In this document: one piece after another, positions 9,399 to 18,473 of the stretch
Layout of the letters: each line of letters begins with the position of its first letter
Position numbering within the stretch: the first letter of the stretch is position 1
DNA from: an uncultured Actinomycetes bacterium
Lineage (GTDB): Bacteria > Actinomycetota > UBA4738 > HRBIN12
Reading direction: 5' to 3'
DNA length: 64,000 nt
Assembly: GCA_963825635.1 (NCBI GenBank)
Contig: CAWGTU010000002.1
Span: 58,638 to 122,637 of the forward strand
Notes under the pieces: model-generated
What the model saw: only the letters and a program-made list of their open reading frames with translations
What the model was told of the DNA's origin: nothing
Databases searched by the model: none
Position numbers and translations under genes: made by a program

Positions 9399-11212
9399 GT
9401 GCCGAGCTGACGCGCCTGCGCGGGCTGGACGACGACCTGCCGGTCCCCGAGGAGCTCAAAGGCTCGTTCGCCGTGCTCCGCCGCGGCGTGCGCGAGAGCC
9501 CCGAGCTGCGCAAGGGCCTCGGCTTCACGCTCGTCGTCTCCCTCGGCATCACCGCGATCTCGCTCGTCACCCCGATCCTCGTGCAGCAGGTGTTCGATCA
9601 CGGCTTCACGCCCGAGTTCAAGCCGACGTTCGTCTACGGCATCTGCGCGCTGGCGTTCCTGCTGGTGATCGTGGCGTTCCTGGCGGCGCGCACCGCCGGG
9701 CGCCGGCTCGTGCGCGCCTCCGAGGAGGCGTTGATGAACCTGCGCGTGCGCACGTTCGCGCACATCCACCGACTCTCGATCGCGGAGCAGAGCGAGGAGA
9801 AGCGCGGCGTCTTCGTCGCCCGTGTGACCGCCGACGCCGACTCCCTGCAGCAGTTCACGGAGTGGGGCGGCATCGCGTGGTTGATCTCGTTCGTGCAGGC
9901 GTTCGCGGCACTCGGCGTGATGCTCGTGTACTCCTGGCAGCTCTCGATCGTGGTGGTGCTGCTGATGGTGCCGCTCGTCGTGATCATGGGCTCGATGCAG
10001 GCTCGGCTGTCGGCGGCGTTCGACGCCGCGCGCACGCGGGTCGGCGAGATGCTGAGCGAGGTGAGCGAGAGCGTGATGGGCGCAGCGGTCGTGCGCGCCT
10101 ACGGGCTGGACGACACGATCCATGCCCGGGTCACGGGCGCGATCGGACGTCGCTACGACGCCGAGGTGAAGGCGCACCTGCGTGCGGCGACGTTGTGGCC
10201 GATGTCCAGCGTGTTCTACGCGCTCACGCTGGCGGTCGTGATCGCCGTGGGCGCCCTGTTCGGCCCGGAGTGGGGACTGACCCTCGGCACCGCCACGGCG
10301 TTCCTGTTCCTGGGAGACGTCTTCCTCAGCGTGTTCGAAGACCTGCCGGAGATCTACTCCGAGACCCAGACCGCGATCGCGGGTTGGCGGAAGATCCTCG
10401 CCGTGCTCGACCTGCCGGTCGAGATCGAGGAGCCGGCCGACGGGGTGCGTCTGCCGACCCACGGCGCGCTGGATGTCGAGGTCAGCGATCTGACGTTCGG
10501 CTACCGCGGCGGACCACCGGTGCTGCGCGACATCGGGGTCGCGATCCCCGCCGGGGCCCACGTGGCGATCGTGGGCGAGACGGGAAGCGGCAAGACGACG
10601 TTCGCGAAGCTGCTGACCCGCCTCGCCGATCCTCGGAGCGGCTCGATCGAGGTGGGCGGCGCCGACCTGCGTGAGATCGACCCGTCGTCGCGCCGCGTCG
10701 CGATCCGCATGGTGCCGCAGGACGGCTTCCTCTTCGACTGGTCGGTGCGCGAGAACGTCAAGGTCGGGCGGGAGGGTGCCACCGACCGCGAGGTCGACGC
10801 AGCCTTCGAGGAGCTGGGGCTCGGCGAGTGGGTGCGCGCGCTCCAGGACGGGTTGGACACGCGAGCCGGCGAGCGCGGCGAGCAGCTCTCGGTGGGCGAG
10901 CGTCAGCTGATCGCCCTCGTGCGGGCACAGATCGCCGACCCGGGCCTGCTGATCCTCGACGAGGCGACGAGCGCGGTCGATCCGGCCACCGAGGCGCGCA
11001 TCACGGAGGCGCTCAGGCGACTCTCTGCCGGACGCACCACCGTGACGATCGCGCACCGGCTCTCCACCGCCGAGCACGCCGACCGCGTGTTCGTCTTCGA
11101 CAGGGGCGAGATCGTCGAACGGGGCACCCACGACGAGCTCGTCGCGATGGGTGGCGTCTACGCCGCGCTCTACGAGAGCTGGCTCGGCAACATCAGGGAG
11201 GACCCGGCGTGA
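9395..11212 (+). CDS. ABC transporter permease/ATP-binding protein (exporter type, second half)
   Basis: ATGA overlap with the upstream ABC gene. It has a TMD plus an NBD (GETGSGKTT, LSVGERQL, LILDEATSAVD). Confidence 0.85.
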   Translation: MSAELTRLRGLDDDLPVPEELKGSFAVLRRGVRESPELRKGLGFTLVVSLGITAISLVTPILVQQVFDHGFTPEFKPTFVYGICALAFLLVIVAFLAARTAGRRLVRASEEALMNLRVRTFAHIHRLSIAEQSEEKRGVFVARVTADADSLQQFTEWGGIAWLISFVQAFAALGVMLVYSWQLSIVVVLLMVPLVVIMGSMQARLSAAFDAARTRVGEMLSEVSESVMGAAVVRAYGLDDTIHARVTGAIGRRYDAEVKAHLRAATLWPMSSVFYALTLAVVIAVGALFGPEWGLTLGTATAFLFLGDVFLSVFEDLPEIYSETQTAIAGWRKILAVLDLPVEIEEPADGVRLPTHGALDVEVSDLTFGYRGGPPVLRDIGVAIPAGAHVAIVGETGSGKTTFAKLLTRLADPRSGSIEVGGADLREIDPSSRRVAIRMVPQDGFLFDWSVRENVKVGREGATDREVDAAFEELGLGEWVRALQDGLDTRAGERGEQLSVGERQLIALVRAQIADPGLLILDEATSAVDPATEARITEALRRLSAGRTTVTIAHRLSTAEHADRVFVFDRGEIVERGTHDELVAMGGVYAALYESWLGNIREDPA

Positions 11213-11248
11213 GCGACACACCCGATCCGATGGCACGGCCTGCGCGCG

Positions 11249-13522
11249 ATGGCGGCGTCGGCGCTGTTCCCGACCGGCGGCGAGGTCCACGTCGAGGGCC
11301 TCCGTGAACCGGTCACCGTGCGGCGCGACGCCTGGGGCGTGCCCTACATCGAGGCGGCCTCGCTCGACGATCTCTGGTTCGCGCACGGGGTCGTGACCGC
11401 CGGCGAACGGCTGTTCCAGCTCGAGCTCACCCTGCGCGCGGCCAACGGTCGGCTCAGCGAGCTCTTCGGCGAGCGCACCCTCGACGAGGACCGGCTCGCG
11501 CGCACCGTGGGGTTCCATCGGGCCGGCGCCCGTATCGCGGCCGACTGGGACGAGCGATCGACGGCCATGCACGCGCGGTTCCGAGCGGGCGTTCGGGCGT
11601 GGGTCGACGCGATGCCCATCGCACCGCTGGAGTACACGCTGCTCGATACGACCCCGTGGATCCCCGACGACGAGGCGGTGTGGGCATCGGCGTTCGTACT
11701 GCTCGCATGGGGGCTCTCGGGGAACTGGGACACGGAGCTGCTTCGCTCGTGGATCGGGGATGCGGGCGGCGACGACGCGGTCGCTCGGCTCCTGCCGCCC
11801 CTGCCGCCCGATCCTCTCGAGGTCGTGCCCGGCGCCCTCGCCGGCGCCTTGTTCGACGCGGCGCCACGCGCGAAGGGGCAGGGCTCCAACGCCTGGGTGG
11901 TCGCGGGCAGCCGAACCTCGACCGGCGCTCCCCTGCTCGCGAACGATCCCCATCTGCTCGCGATGCAGCCCGGCATCTGGATGGAATGCCATCTCTCGGC
12001 GCCCAGGTACCGGGCGCGAGGCGTGTCGTTGCCGTTCTCCCCGGGCGTGCTGCTCGGTTGTACCGCTCACCACGCCTGGGCAGTCACGAACGTCAGCGGC
12101 GACGTGCAGGATCTGTTCGTCGAGCGCCTGAACGCGGAGCGCACGGCCGCCGAACACGCCGGGGAGTGGGAACCCGTGACCGTGCACCTGGAGGAGATCG
12201 CCGTACGCGGCGAGGAGCACCCGATCACGCTCGAGGTCCTGGAGACCCGCCACGGGCCACTGCTCGACACGTTCGTCTCCGGATCGCTGCGACCCGAGTA
12301 CGCGCCGTTGCCCGACGAGCCGAGCTACGTCCTCTCGTGGGTCGGCCTCGAGCACGGCATCAGGCCCTCGCTCGTGCTCGACGTCGCGCAGGCCCCATCG
12401 TTCGAGGCCTTCCGAGCCGCGGCGCTGGATGGGCTCGCCTGCCCCGGCCAGAACGCCGTGTACGCCGACGTCGACGGCACGATCGGCTACGCGTGCACGG
12501 GCCGCTACCCGGTGCGCTCGAAGGGCGACGGCACCGTGCCCGCCCCCGGCTGGACCGGCGAGCACGGGTGGCACGGCCAGGTGCCGCCCGAGGAGCTGCC
12601 GTGGGGCGCTGATCCTGGCCGGGGATTCCTCGTGACGGCGAACCATCGCGTGCACGACGAGGACTACCCGCACCTGATCGGTCACGACTTCCACCCCTCG
12701 CTCCGGGCTCGGCGCATCGCAGAGGTCCTGGCCGCCCGCGACGACCACGACGTCACCGCGATGGCCCGGCTGCAGACCGACGTCGTCTCGCTCGCTGCGA
12801 TCGAGAACGTCGGCCTGCTGCGCGACCGGATGGGTGCCGTGGACGACGGCGAGCGGGCGTGGGCGATCGGCGTCCTGGCGTCGTGGGACGGCTCGCTGAC
12901 CGCGACGTCGGATGCCGCCGTCATCTACCAGGTCTGGTGCTCGCACATCGCTCGCCTGGCGCTCACACCGACGCTCGGCGACGAGCTGTTCCGCCGCTAC
13001 CACGCGTGGCGTGAGCCGTTCCAGTGCGGCGCGCTCCCCCGCATGCTCCGCGCCGGGGAGCTCGACGCGGAGCTGCTCGCCGAGGCGCTCGACGCCGCCG
13101 TCGCCGAGCTCCGGGCGGTGCTCGGCGAGGACCGGAACGGCTGGCGCTGGGGCGACCTGCACCGGGTGACGCTCGCCCATCCGCTGGCCGCGATCCCGGG
13201 GTTCGAGACGTTGTTCGTGGCCCTCGAGGCGGGTGTCGGCGGGGACGACCAGACCGTGCTGCAGACGGGTGTGGACGCCCGTGACGGGTATCCCGCTGCG
13301 GTGATCCCGTCGTGGCGGGCCGTCTACGATCTGGCCGATCTCGACCGCAGCGTCGGGGTGTTGCCCGCCGGCAACAGCGGGAACCCCGCGAGCCCGCACT
13401 GGAACGACCAGGCGCCGCTCTGGCTCGCCGGCGAGACCCACCCGCTGCCCTTCACCGAGGCCGCGGTCGACGCGGCGACGGTCGCCCTCGCCCGCCTCGT
13501 GCCGGGTACCATCTCGGGCTGA
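11249..13522 (+). CDS. penicillin acylase family protein (Ntn-hydrolase, S45)
   Basis: The SNAWVVAGSRTSTGAPLLANDPHL motif is the beta-subunit N-terminal Ser nucleophile. The size (757 aa) and two-subunit layout fit penicillin or AHL acylases. No obvious signal peptide. Confidence 0.75.
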   Translation: MAASALFPTGGEVHVEGLREPVTVRRDAWGVPYIEAASLDDLWFAHGVVTAGERLFQLELTLRAANGRLSELFGERTLDEDRLARTVGFHRAGARIAADWDERSTAMHARFRAGVRAWVDAMPIAPLEYTLLDTTPWIPDDEAVWASAFVLLAWGLSGNWDTELLRSWIGDAGGDDAVARLLPPLPPDPLEVVPGALAGALFDAAPRAKGQGSNAWVVAGSRTSTGAPLLANDPHLLAMQPGIWMECHLSAPRYRARGVSLPFSPGVLLGCTAHHAWAVTNVSGDVQDLFVERLNAERTAAEHAGEWEPVTVHLEEIAVRGEEHPITLEVLETRHGPLLDTFVSGSLRPEYAPLPDEPSYVLSWVGLEHGIRPSLVLDVAQAPSFEAFRAAALDGLACPGQNAVYADVDGTIGYACTGRYPVRSKGDGTVPAPGWTGEHGWHGQVPPEELPWGADPGRGFLVTANHRVHDEDYPHLIGHDFHPSLRARRIAEVLAARDDHDVTAMARLQTDVVSLAAIENVGLLRDRMGAVDDGERAWAIGVLASWDGSLTATSDAAVIYQVWCSHIARLALTPTLGDELFRRYHAWREPFQCGALPRMLRAGELDAELLAEALDAAVAELRAVLGEDRNGWRWGDLHRVTLAHPLAAIPGFETLFVALEAGVGGDDQTVLQTGVDARDGYPAAVIPSWRAVYDLADLDRSVGVLPAGNSGNPASPHWNDQAPLWLAGETHPLPFTEAAVDAATVALARLVPGTISG

Positions 13523-13523
13523 G

Positions 13524-13784
13524 ATGCCGGTTTCCAAGGGACGCCAGAAGAAGAAGACCCCGCGCTACCGCGCCGCGCCGCAGCAGCCGAAGAAGCGGCA
13601 CCGGTCGAGCCCGCGCTGGTACGGCCCGCTGCTGATCACGCTCATGGCGCTGGGGGTCATCGTGATCGTCGCGAACTACATGGGGCTGATCCCCGGCACC
13701 GACGGCACCGCCTCGTCGGTCTGGCTCTGGATCGGGCTCGGCATCCTCGGCGCCGGCTTCGTCGGCACCAGCTTCTGGTACTGA
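13524..13784 (+). CDS. crgA: cell division protein CrgA
   Basis: 86 aa with a basic N-terminus (RQKKKTPRY ... SPRWYGPLLITLMALGVIVIV) and two TM helices, typical of CrgA. Its position in an origin-proximal region matches Rv0011c. Confidence 0.8.
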   Translation: MPVSKGRQKKKTPRYRAAPQQPKKRHRSSPRWYGPLLITLMALGVIVIVANYMGLIPGTDGTASSVWLWIGLGILGAGFVGTSFWY

Positions 13785-13789
13785 GGACG

Positions 13790-13970
13790 CCGACCGAATC
13801 ACACACGTGTGATCCGTCCACATGTTTCCCACCGCTGTGGACGACCACCTGCGGATCCACCGCCCGTTCCCTCCGTCGACACGTCGTGTGGAGAACCCGG
13901 TGAAGGACCGGTGGAGAACCCCTCGAGAACGTGCCGCTCGCGGTGGAACGTCGGTGGAGAACCTGCCGCC
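13790..13970. repeat. intergenic cluster of DnaA-box-like motifs and a GGTGGAGAACC direct repeat (x3, plus variants)
   Basis: CCGTCCACA at about 13814 and TGTGGACGA at about 13836 form an inverted pair. GTGTGGAGAACCC (13886), GGTGGAGAACCCC (13909) and GGTGGAGAACCTG (13953) are direct repeats, with GGTGAAGGACC and GGTGGAACGTC as variants. A CACACGTGTG palindrome sits at 13802. Confidence 0.6.
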
Positions 13971-13972
13971 GT

Positions 13973-14236
13973 TCAGATGCCCGCGGGCCGTCGCTCGACC
14001 TGCATCTTCTCCCCGCAGTGGCGGGGAACCTGCATCTCACCGAGCCGCGACACCTTGAGCTCGGTGCCGCACTCCCCGCACACGAAGTACACCTCGAGCG
14101 CCTCGACGTCCTCGGCCTCGGCGGGCGCCGGCACCTCGTCGGGATCGGGTGAGAATACGCGCAGCGACGCGATGCCGATGCGCCAGATCAGCGCACCGAC
14201 CAGGATCGCGGTCACCACGAGCAACCAGTCCGGCAT
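13973..14236 (-). CDS. small membrane-anchored zinc-ribbon protein, hypothetical
   Basis: 87 aa with an N-terminal TM helix (LLVVTAILVGALIWRIGI) and a C-terminal CGECG...HCGEK ribbon-like motif. Confidence 0.4.
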   Translation of the reverse strand: MPDWLLVVTAILVGALIWRIGIASLRVFSPDPDEVPAPAEAEDVEALEVYFVCGECGTELKVSRLGEMQVPRHCGEKMQVERRPAGI

Positions 14237-14282
14237 CCACCCACGCTAGCACCCGGGTCGACCGTCCCAGCCGCGCTCGGAG

Positions 14283-15644
14283 CTAGATCACGCCCTGGGC
14301 CAGCATCGCGTCGGCGACCCGTCGGAACCCGGCGATGTTCGCTCCGTGCACGTAGTTCCCGGGCTCCCCGTACTCCTCGGCGGTGTCGCGGCACTGCTCG
14401 TGGATACGCCGCATGATCTCGCGCAACCGCTGGTCGACGCCCTCACGGGTCCAGGACAAACGCATCGCGTTCTGCGACATCTCGAGGCCGCTCACCGCGA
14501 CCCCGCCCGCGTTCGCCGCCTTCCCGGGCCCGTAGAGCACCCCCGCCGTCACGAACTGATCGATCCCCTCGGGCTCGGTGGGCATGTTCGCCCCCTCGCT
14601 CACCAGGAACACACCGTTCGAGATCAGGTTCGCCGCATCCTTGCCGTTGATCTCGTTCTGTGTCGCGCTGGGGAACGCGCAGTCTGCAGGAACCTCCCAG
14701 AGCGCGTTGTGGTCGTCCGACGGATCGGCGGGCGTGAACGTCGCGGTCGGGAACCGCTCCGCGTAGGCCATGATGCGGCCGCGGCGTTCGTTCTTGAGGT
14801 CCATCACCCACGCGAGCTTCTCGGCGTCGATGCCGTCGGGGTCGTGGACGAAGCCGCCCGAGTCCGACAGCGTCACGGGCCTCGCCCCCAGGTGGATCAG
14901 CTTCTCCACGGTGTACTGGGCGACGTTGCCCGAGCCGCTGACGAGGCAGGTCTTGCCCTCGAGCGAATCGTCGCGGGTCCCGAGCATCTCCTGGGCGAAG
15001 TAGACGGCGCCGTAGCCGGTCGCCTCCGGTCTGATCAGGGAGCCACCGATATCGAGACCCTTGCCGGTGATCGCACCGGTGAACTCGTTCGTGAGGCGCT
15101 TGTACTGCCCGAACAGGTAGCCGATCTCGCGGCCGCCGACGCCGATGTCGCCCGCGGGCACGTCGGTGTTCGGCCCGATGTGGCGATAGAGCCCGGTCAT
15201 GAACGCCTGACAGAACCGCATCACTTCCTGCTCGCTCTTGCCCTTGGGATCGAAGTCGGCGCCGCCCTTGCCCGCACCCAGGGGCAGCGTCGTGAGCGCG
15301 TTCTTGAAGACCTGCTCGAACGCGAGGAACTTCAACATGCCCAGGTACACGGTCGGGTGGAATCGAAGGCCGCCCTTGTACGGTCCGATCGCGCTCGACA
15401 TCTCCACCCGGTAGCCACGGTTCACCTGCACCTGGCCGCGGTCGTCGACCCACGAGACGCGGAACGTGATCACGCGCTCGGGCTCCACGAAACGCTCCAA
15501 CACCCTGGCGTCGCGATAGACGGGGAAGCGATCGACGCAGAGCTCGATCGAGCCCGCCGCCTCGCGGACGGCCTGCAGGAACTCAGGCTCGTTCGCGTTC
15601 CTGGCCGTGACGTCGGCCATCAGGCGCCGCACGTACTCGCCCAC
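14283..15644 (-). CDS. gdhA: NADP-specific glutamate dehydrogenase
   Basis: GPYKGGLRFHP signature and the Glu/Leu/Phe/Val dehydrogenase fold throughout (453 aa). Confidence 0.9.
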   Translation of the reverse strand: MGEYVRRLMADVTARNANEPEFLQAVREAAGSIELCVDRFPVYRDARVLERFVEPERVITFRVSWVDDRGQVQVNRGYRVEMSSAIGPYKGGLRFHPTVYLGMLKFLAFEQVFKNALTTLPLGAGKGGADFDPKGKSEQEVMRFCQAFMTGLYRHIGPNTDVPAGDIGVGGREIGYLFGQYKRLTNEFTGAITGKGLDIGGSLIRPEATGYGAVYFAQEMLGTRDDSLEGKTCLVSGSGNVAQYTVEKLIHLGARPVTLSDSGGFVHDPDGIDAEKLAWVMDLKNERRGRIMAYAERFPTATFTPADPSDDHNALWEVPADCAFPSATQNEINGKDAANLISNGVFLVSEGANMPTEPEGIDQFVTAGVLYGPGKAANAGGVAVSGLEMSQNAMRLSWTREGVDQRLREIMRRIHEQCRDTAEEYGEPGNYVHGANIAGFRRVADAMLAQGVI

Positions 15645-15754
15645 CGGTTCCTCGCGCCCCCTCCGGCTCGTTCGCTGCCGAACCGATCGTCATCCTGCCA
15701 CGACGACGACCCCGGGGGGAACCCTCTCCGCACCCGGTCATCGCGTGCGATCCA

Positions 15755-16654
15755 TCACGACGCCGCGAACGCCCGGCGGAGCGCCTCGCGGAACGGCATC
15801 GGCTGGATCGCCGGGAAGCGTCTCGTCGCCTCGTCGTCCTGCACGACCATGGGGGTCGTCATCCCCTCGATCAGCGGCCGGGCGAGTGCGGCGGGAACCG
15901 ATGTGGTCAGCCCGCACCAGTACGAGGAGAGGCGGGGGGTGAGCAGCGGCACACCGACGATCAGAGGATGTCGACCTCGTTCGGCCGCCACCGTCTCGAT
16001 CATGCGCCGGTAGGTCGTGACGTCGGGTCCACCGATCTCGACGACCGTCCGTTGCTCGTCGAGCGGGGTCTCGAGCCCGGCGACGAGGTAGGCGAGCACG
16101 TCGTCGATCGCGATCGGCTGCGAGGGCGTATCGACCCAGCGGGGCACGACCATCGCGGGCAACCGGTTCACGAGATCGGTGAGCATCGTGAACGACGCGC
16201 TGTCCGCGCTCACGACCATCGCCGCCCGGAACTCCAGGAGTGGCGGCCCCGACTCCGCGAGGATGCGGCCAGTCTCGTGCCGGCTCGCGAGATGCTCGGA
16301 GAGGTCCGCGTCGTCCGCGCCGAGACCGCCCAGGTAGATCACGCGCTCGACCCCGGCAGCTCGTGCAACCCCGCCGAAGGACCTCGCGCCCTCCGCGTCG
16401 CGCTCTCGGAAGTCCCCGGCCGCCGACGGCTCCATCGAGTGCACCAGGTAGTACGCGGCGCTCACGCCCTCGAGCGCGGGACCGAGCGTCGCCGGACGCA
16501 GCACGTCGAGCTCGACCGCCGCCAGGCCGGGCCATCGCTCGTGCAAGGACGACGGACGACGAGACGCGACCCGGGGCTCATGGCCCTCGGACACGAGCCG
16601 ATCGACGAGCCGCGCCCCGATCGCGCCGGTCGCGCCGGTCACCAGGATCGTCAT
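15755..16654 (-). CDS. NmrA-like / NAD(P)H-binding atypical SDR
   Basis: MTILVTGATGAIGARLV is a Rossmann GxxGxxG motif. About 300 aa, immediately downstream of the S9 peptidase. Confidence 0.65.
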   Translation of the reverse strand: MTILVTGATGAIGARLVDRLVSEGHEPRVASRRPSSLHERWPGLAAVELDVLRPATLGPALEGVSAAYYLVHSMEPSAAGDFRERDAEGARSFGGVARAAGVERVIYLGGLGADDADLSEHLASRHETGRILAESGPPLLEFRAAMVVSADSASFTMLTDLVNRLPAMVVPRWVDTPSQPIAIDDVLAYLVAGLETPLDEQRTVVEIGGPDVTTYRRMIETVAAERGRHPLIVGVPLLTPRLSSYWCGLTTSVPAALARPLIEGMTTPMVVQDDEATRRFPAIQPMPFREALRRAFAAS

Positions 16655-16664
16655 GGCTCGACGC

Positions 16665-18473
16665 CTATGGCGCCCGAACGCCGGGAACGTATCGCTCGAG
16701 GAAGCTCAGGATCGCCCGCATCTGGCGGATCTCCTCGTCGATGTCGTTCGAGCCATGGCCCGTGCCGAACAGCACGACCTCGTGCGGGTGGTCGCGCTCA
16801 CGGAGCTTGTCGACGAACGCCATCGCCTGGCGCAGGGGACACCGCGAGTCGTTCTCACCGATCAGGAAGATCATCGGCGCCCGCACGTCGTCGGCGAAGT
16901 GGATCGGGTTGCGGTCGCGCATCAGCTCGGGCACCTGGTCGGGCGTCCCGCCGAGCAGTGCCCGGTCGTACGCCTGCAACTCGGGCGAGAGGTCCTCGTA
17001 GCTGAGCTCGTAGTCACCGACGGGGATGCCGGCCACGCCCGCCAGCCACATGTCGGGGTGCTTGCAGAGTTCCATCACCGTGATGTAACCGCCCCAGGAC
17101 CAGCCGCCGACGACCGCACGAGCGGGGTCGCCGATGCCGCGCGCGACGAGATCGGCCAGCCCGGCGTTCACGTCGACGAGCTCAGGGCCACCGACGTCGC
17201 CGATCAGGCGGTCGCGCCACGCACGCCCGTACCCGGTGGACCCTCGGTAGTTCACCATGGCAACCGCGAACCCCATGTCGACGTAGGCCTGGACCTCGGG
17301 ATCCCACGCATCGGTGTCCTGGCCCGTCGGTCCGCCGTGCACGAACATCATCACCGGGAACGGACCGTCGCCTGTTGGCGTGACGTAGAAGCCGTGCACC
17401 CGATCGCCCTCGCCGTTGTCGAAGTGCCACGAGTGGAACGGGCGGCCGGCCGGCGCGCGATCACCGTCGGCGCGCACCACGTCGGCGCCGGCGGTATCGA
17501 GCGTGACCGGCGGGTGCTCCCCGCTCGAGAGCCGGAACCACACGTCGCCGTCGGGTCGCACGCGCGCCGCGCCGATCGTGCCGCGATCGTGCTCGATCGG
17601 GGTCAGCGAGCCCGCCGCGAGCTCGTATCGGTAGAGGCGGTCACGGCCCTCGTCGTTGTGCACGACGAGGAGCGAGGCGGCGTCGGGCCACCAGTCCACG
17701 GCTTCCACCGGGCCGACGAGGCCGAGATCGAGGTCGGTCCACTCGCCGCTCGCGAGGTCCCAGATCGCGGGACGCTCCTCGCCCTCGCGCTCATGGGTCA
17801 CGACGAGCCGTCGGTCGCCCGGCCGCGGGGACCAGCACGACGCGAACAGCGCCATGCCCTCGTCGATCTGCTCGGCGACCGTCGCCCCGGTCCGAGGATC
17901 GACGACCCGGAGCGCCGGGTGCAGGCTGTCGCCGTGCTCGGCGTGCTCGAGCGCGAGCAGCGATCCGTCGGCCGAGAGTCCCCCCAGCTCCCCACGCCCG
18001 AGCTCCGAGCCCCCGATGCCGATGTGCTCGGTGCTGCGCCAGATCTCCTTCGCCGGCTCGCCGTCTGCCGAGACGTACACCGCGAAGCCGTCGGCGTCGC
18101 TGATGGCGGCAGCCACGAGGCCCGGCATCTGTGCGAGGCCCTGGTTCCAGCCGGTCGGCACCCCGGTGAGGTACGGCTGCGCGTCGCCACCGGAGAACGG
18201 CTCGGAGTACCACTGCCCGGCCTCGCTTCCGGTCTCGTCCTGCCAGAAGAGCACGCGCTCACCGTCGGGGGTGAGCTCACCCGCGGTCACCCCGACCGGA
18301 TGGTCGGTCACCCGTCGTCGCAGACCGGTGGCTCGGTCCCAGACGTGCACCTGATAGACGCCGCTCTCCGTGCTCCAGAAGACGAGGCGCTCTGGGGCCG
18401 ATCGCGCCCAGCGGGGCAGGGACACGACCGGCGCGCGGAACCGACGTTCCCAGGCAGGAAGGTGATCGCTCAT
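16665..18473 (-). CDS. S9 family peptidase (prolyl oligopeptidase / acylaminoacyl peptidase-like)
   Basis: N-terminal beta-propeller region plus a C-terminal alpha/beta hydrolase with GGWSWGG (GxSxGG nucleophile elbow). ATG 18473 overlaps the upstream stop (ATGA). The 1231-aa track ORF is an artefactual extension. Confidence 0.8.
   Translation of the reverse strand: MSDHLPAWERRFRAPVVSLPRWARSAPERLVFWSTESGVYQVHVWDRATGLRRRVTDHPVGVTAGELTPDGERVLFWQDETGSEAGQWYSEPFSGGDAQPYLTGVPTGWNQGLAQMPGLVAAAISDADGFAVYVSADGEPAKEIWRSTEHIGIGGSELGRGELGGLSADGSLLALEHAEHGDSLHPALRVVDPRTGATVAEQIDEGMALFASCWSPRPGDRRLVVTHEREGEERPAIWDLASGEWTDLDLGLVGPVEAVDWWPDAASLLVVHNDEGRDRLYRYELAAGSLTPIEHDRGTIGAARVRPDGDVWFRLSSGEHPPVTLDTAGADVVRADGDRAPAGRPFHSWHFDNGEGDRVHGFYVTPTGDGPFPVMMFVHGGPTGQDTDAWDPEVQAYVDMGFAVAMVNYRGSTGYGRAWRDRLIGDVGGPELVDVNAGLADLVARGIGDPARAVVGGWSWGGYITVMELCKHPDMWLAGVAGIPVGDYELSYEDLSPELQAYDRALLGGTPDQVPELMRDRNPIHFADDVRAPMIFLIGENDSRCPLRQAMAFVDKLRERDHPHEVVLFGTGHGSNDIDEEIRQMRAILSFLERYVPGVRAP

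Noticed and set aside
9377-13537. 1386-aa antisense ORF opposite the ABC transporter and acylase genes
   Set aside because: Extremely Arg/Gly/Asp-rich with no domain-like segments. It overlaps three well-supported plus-strand genes. It is a GC third-position shadow frame.
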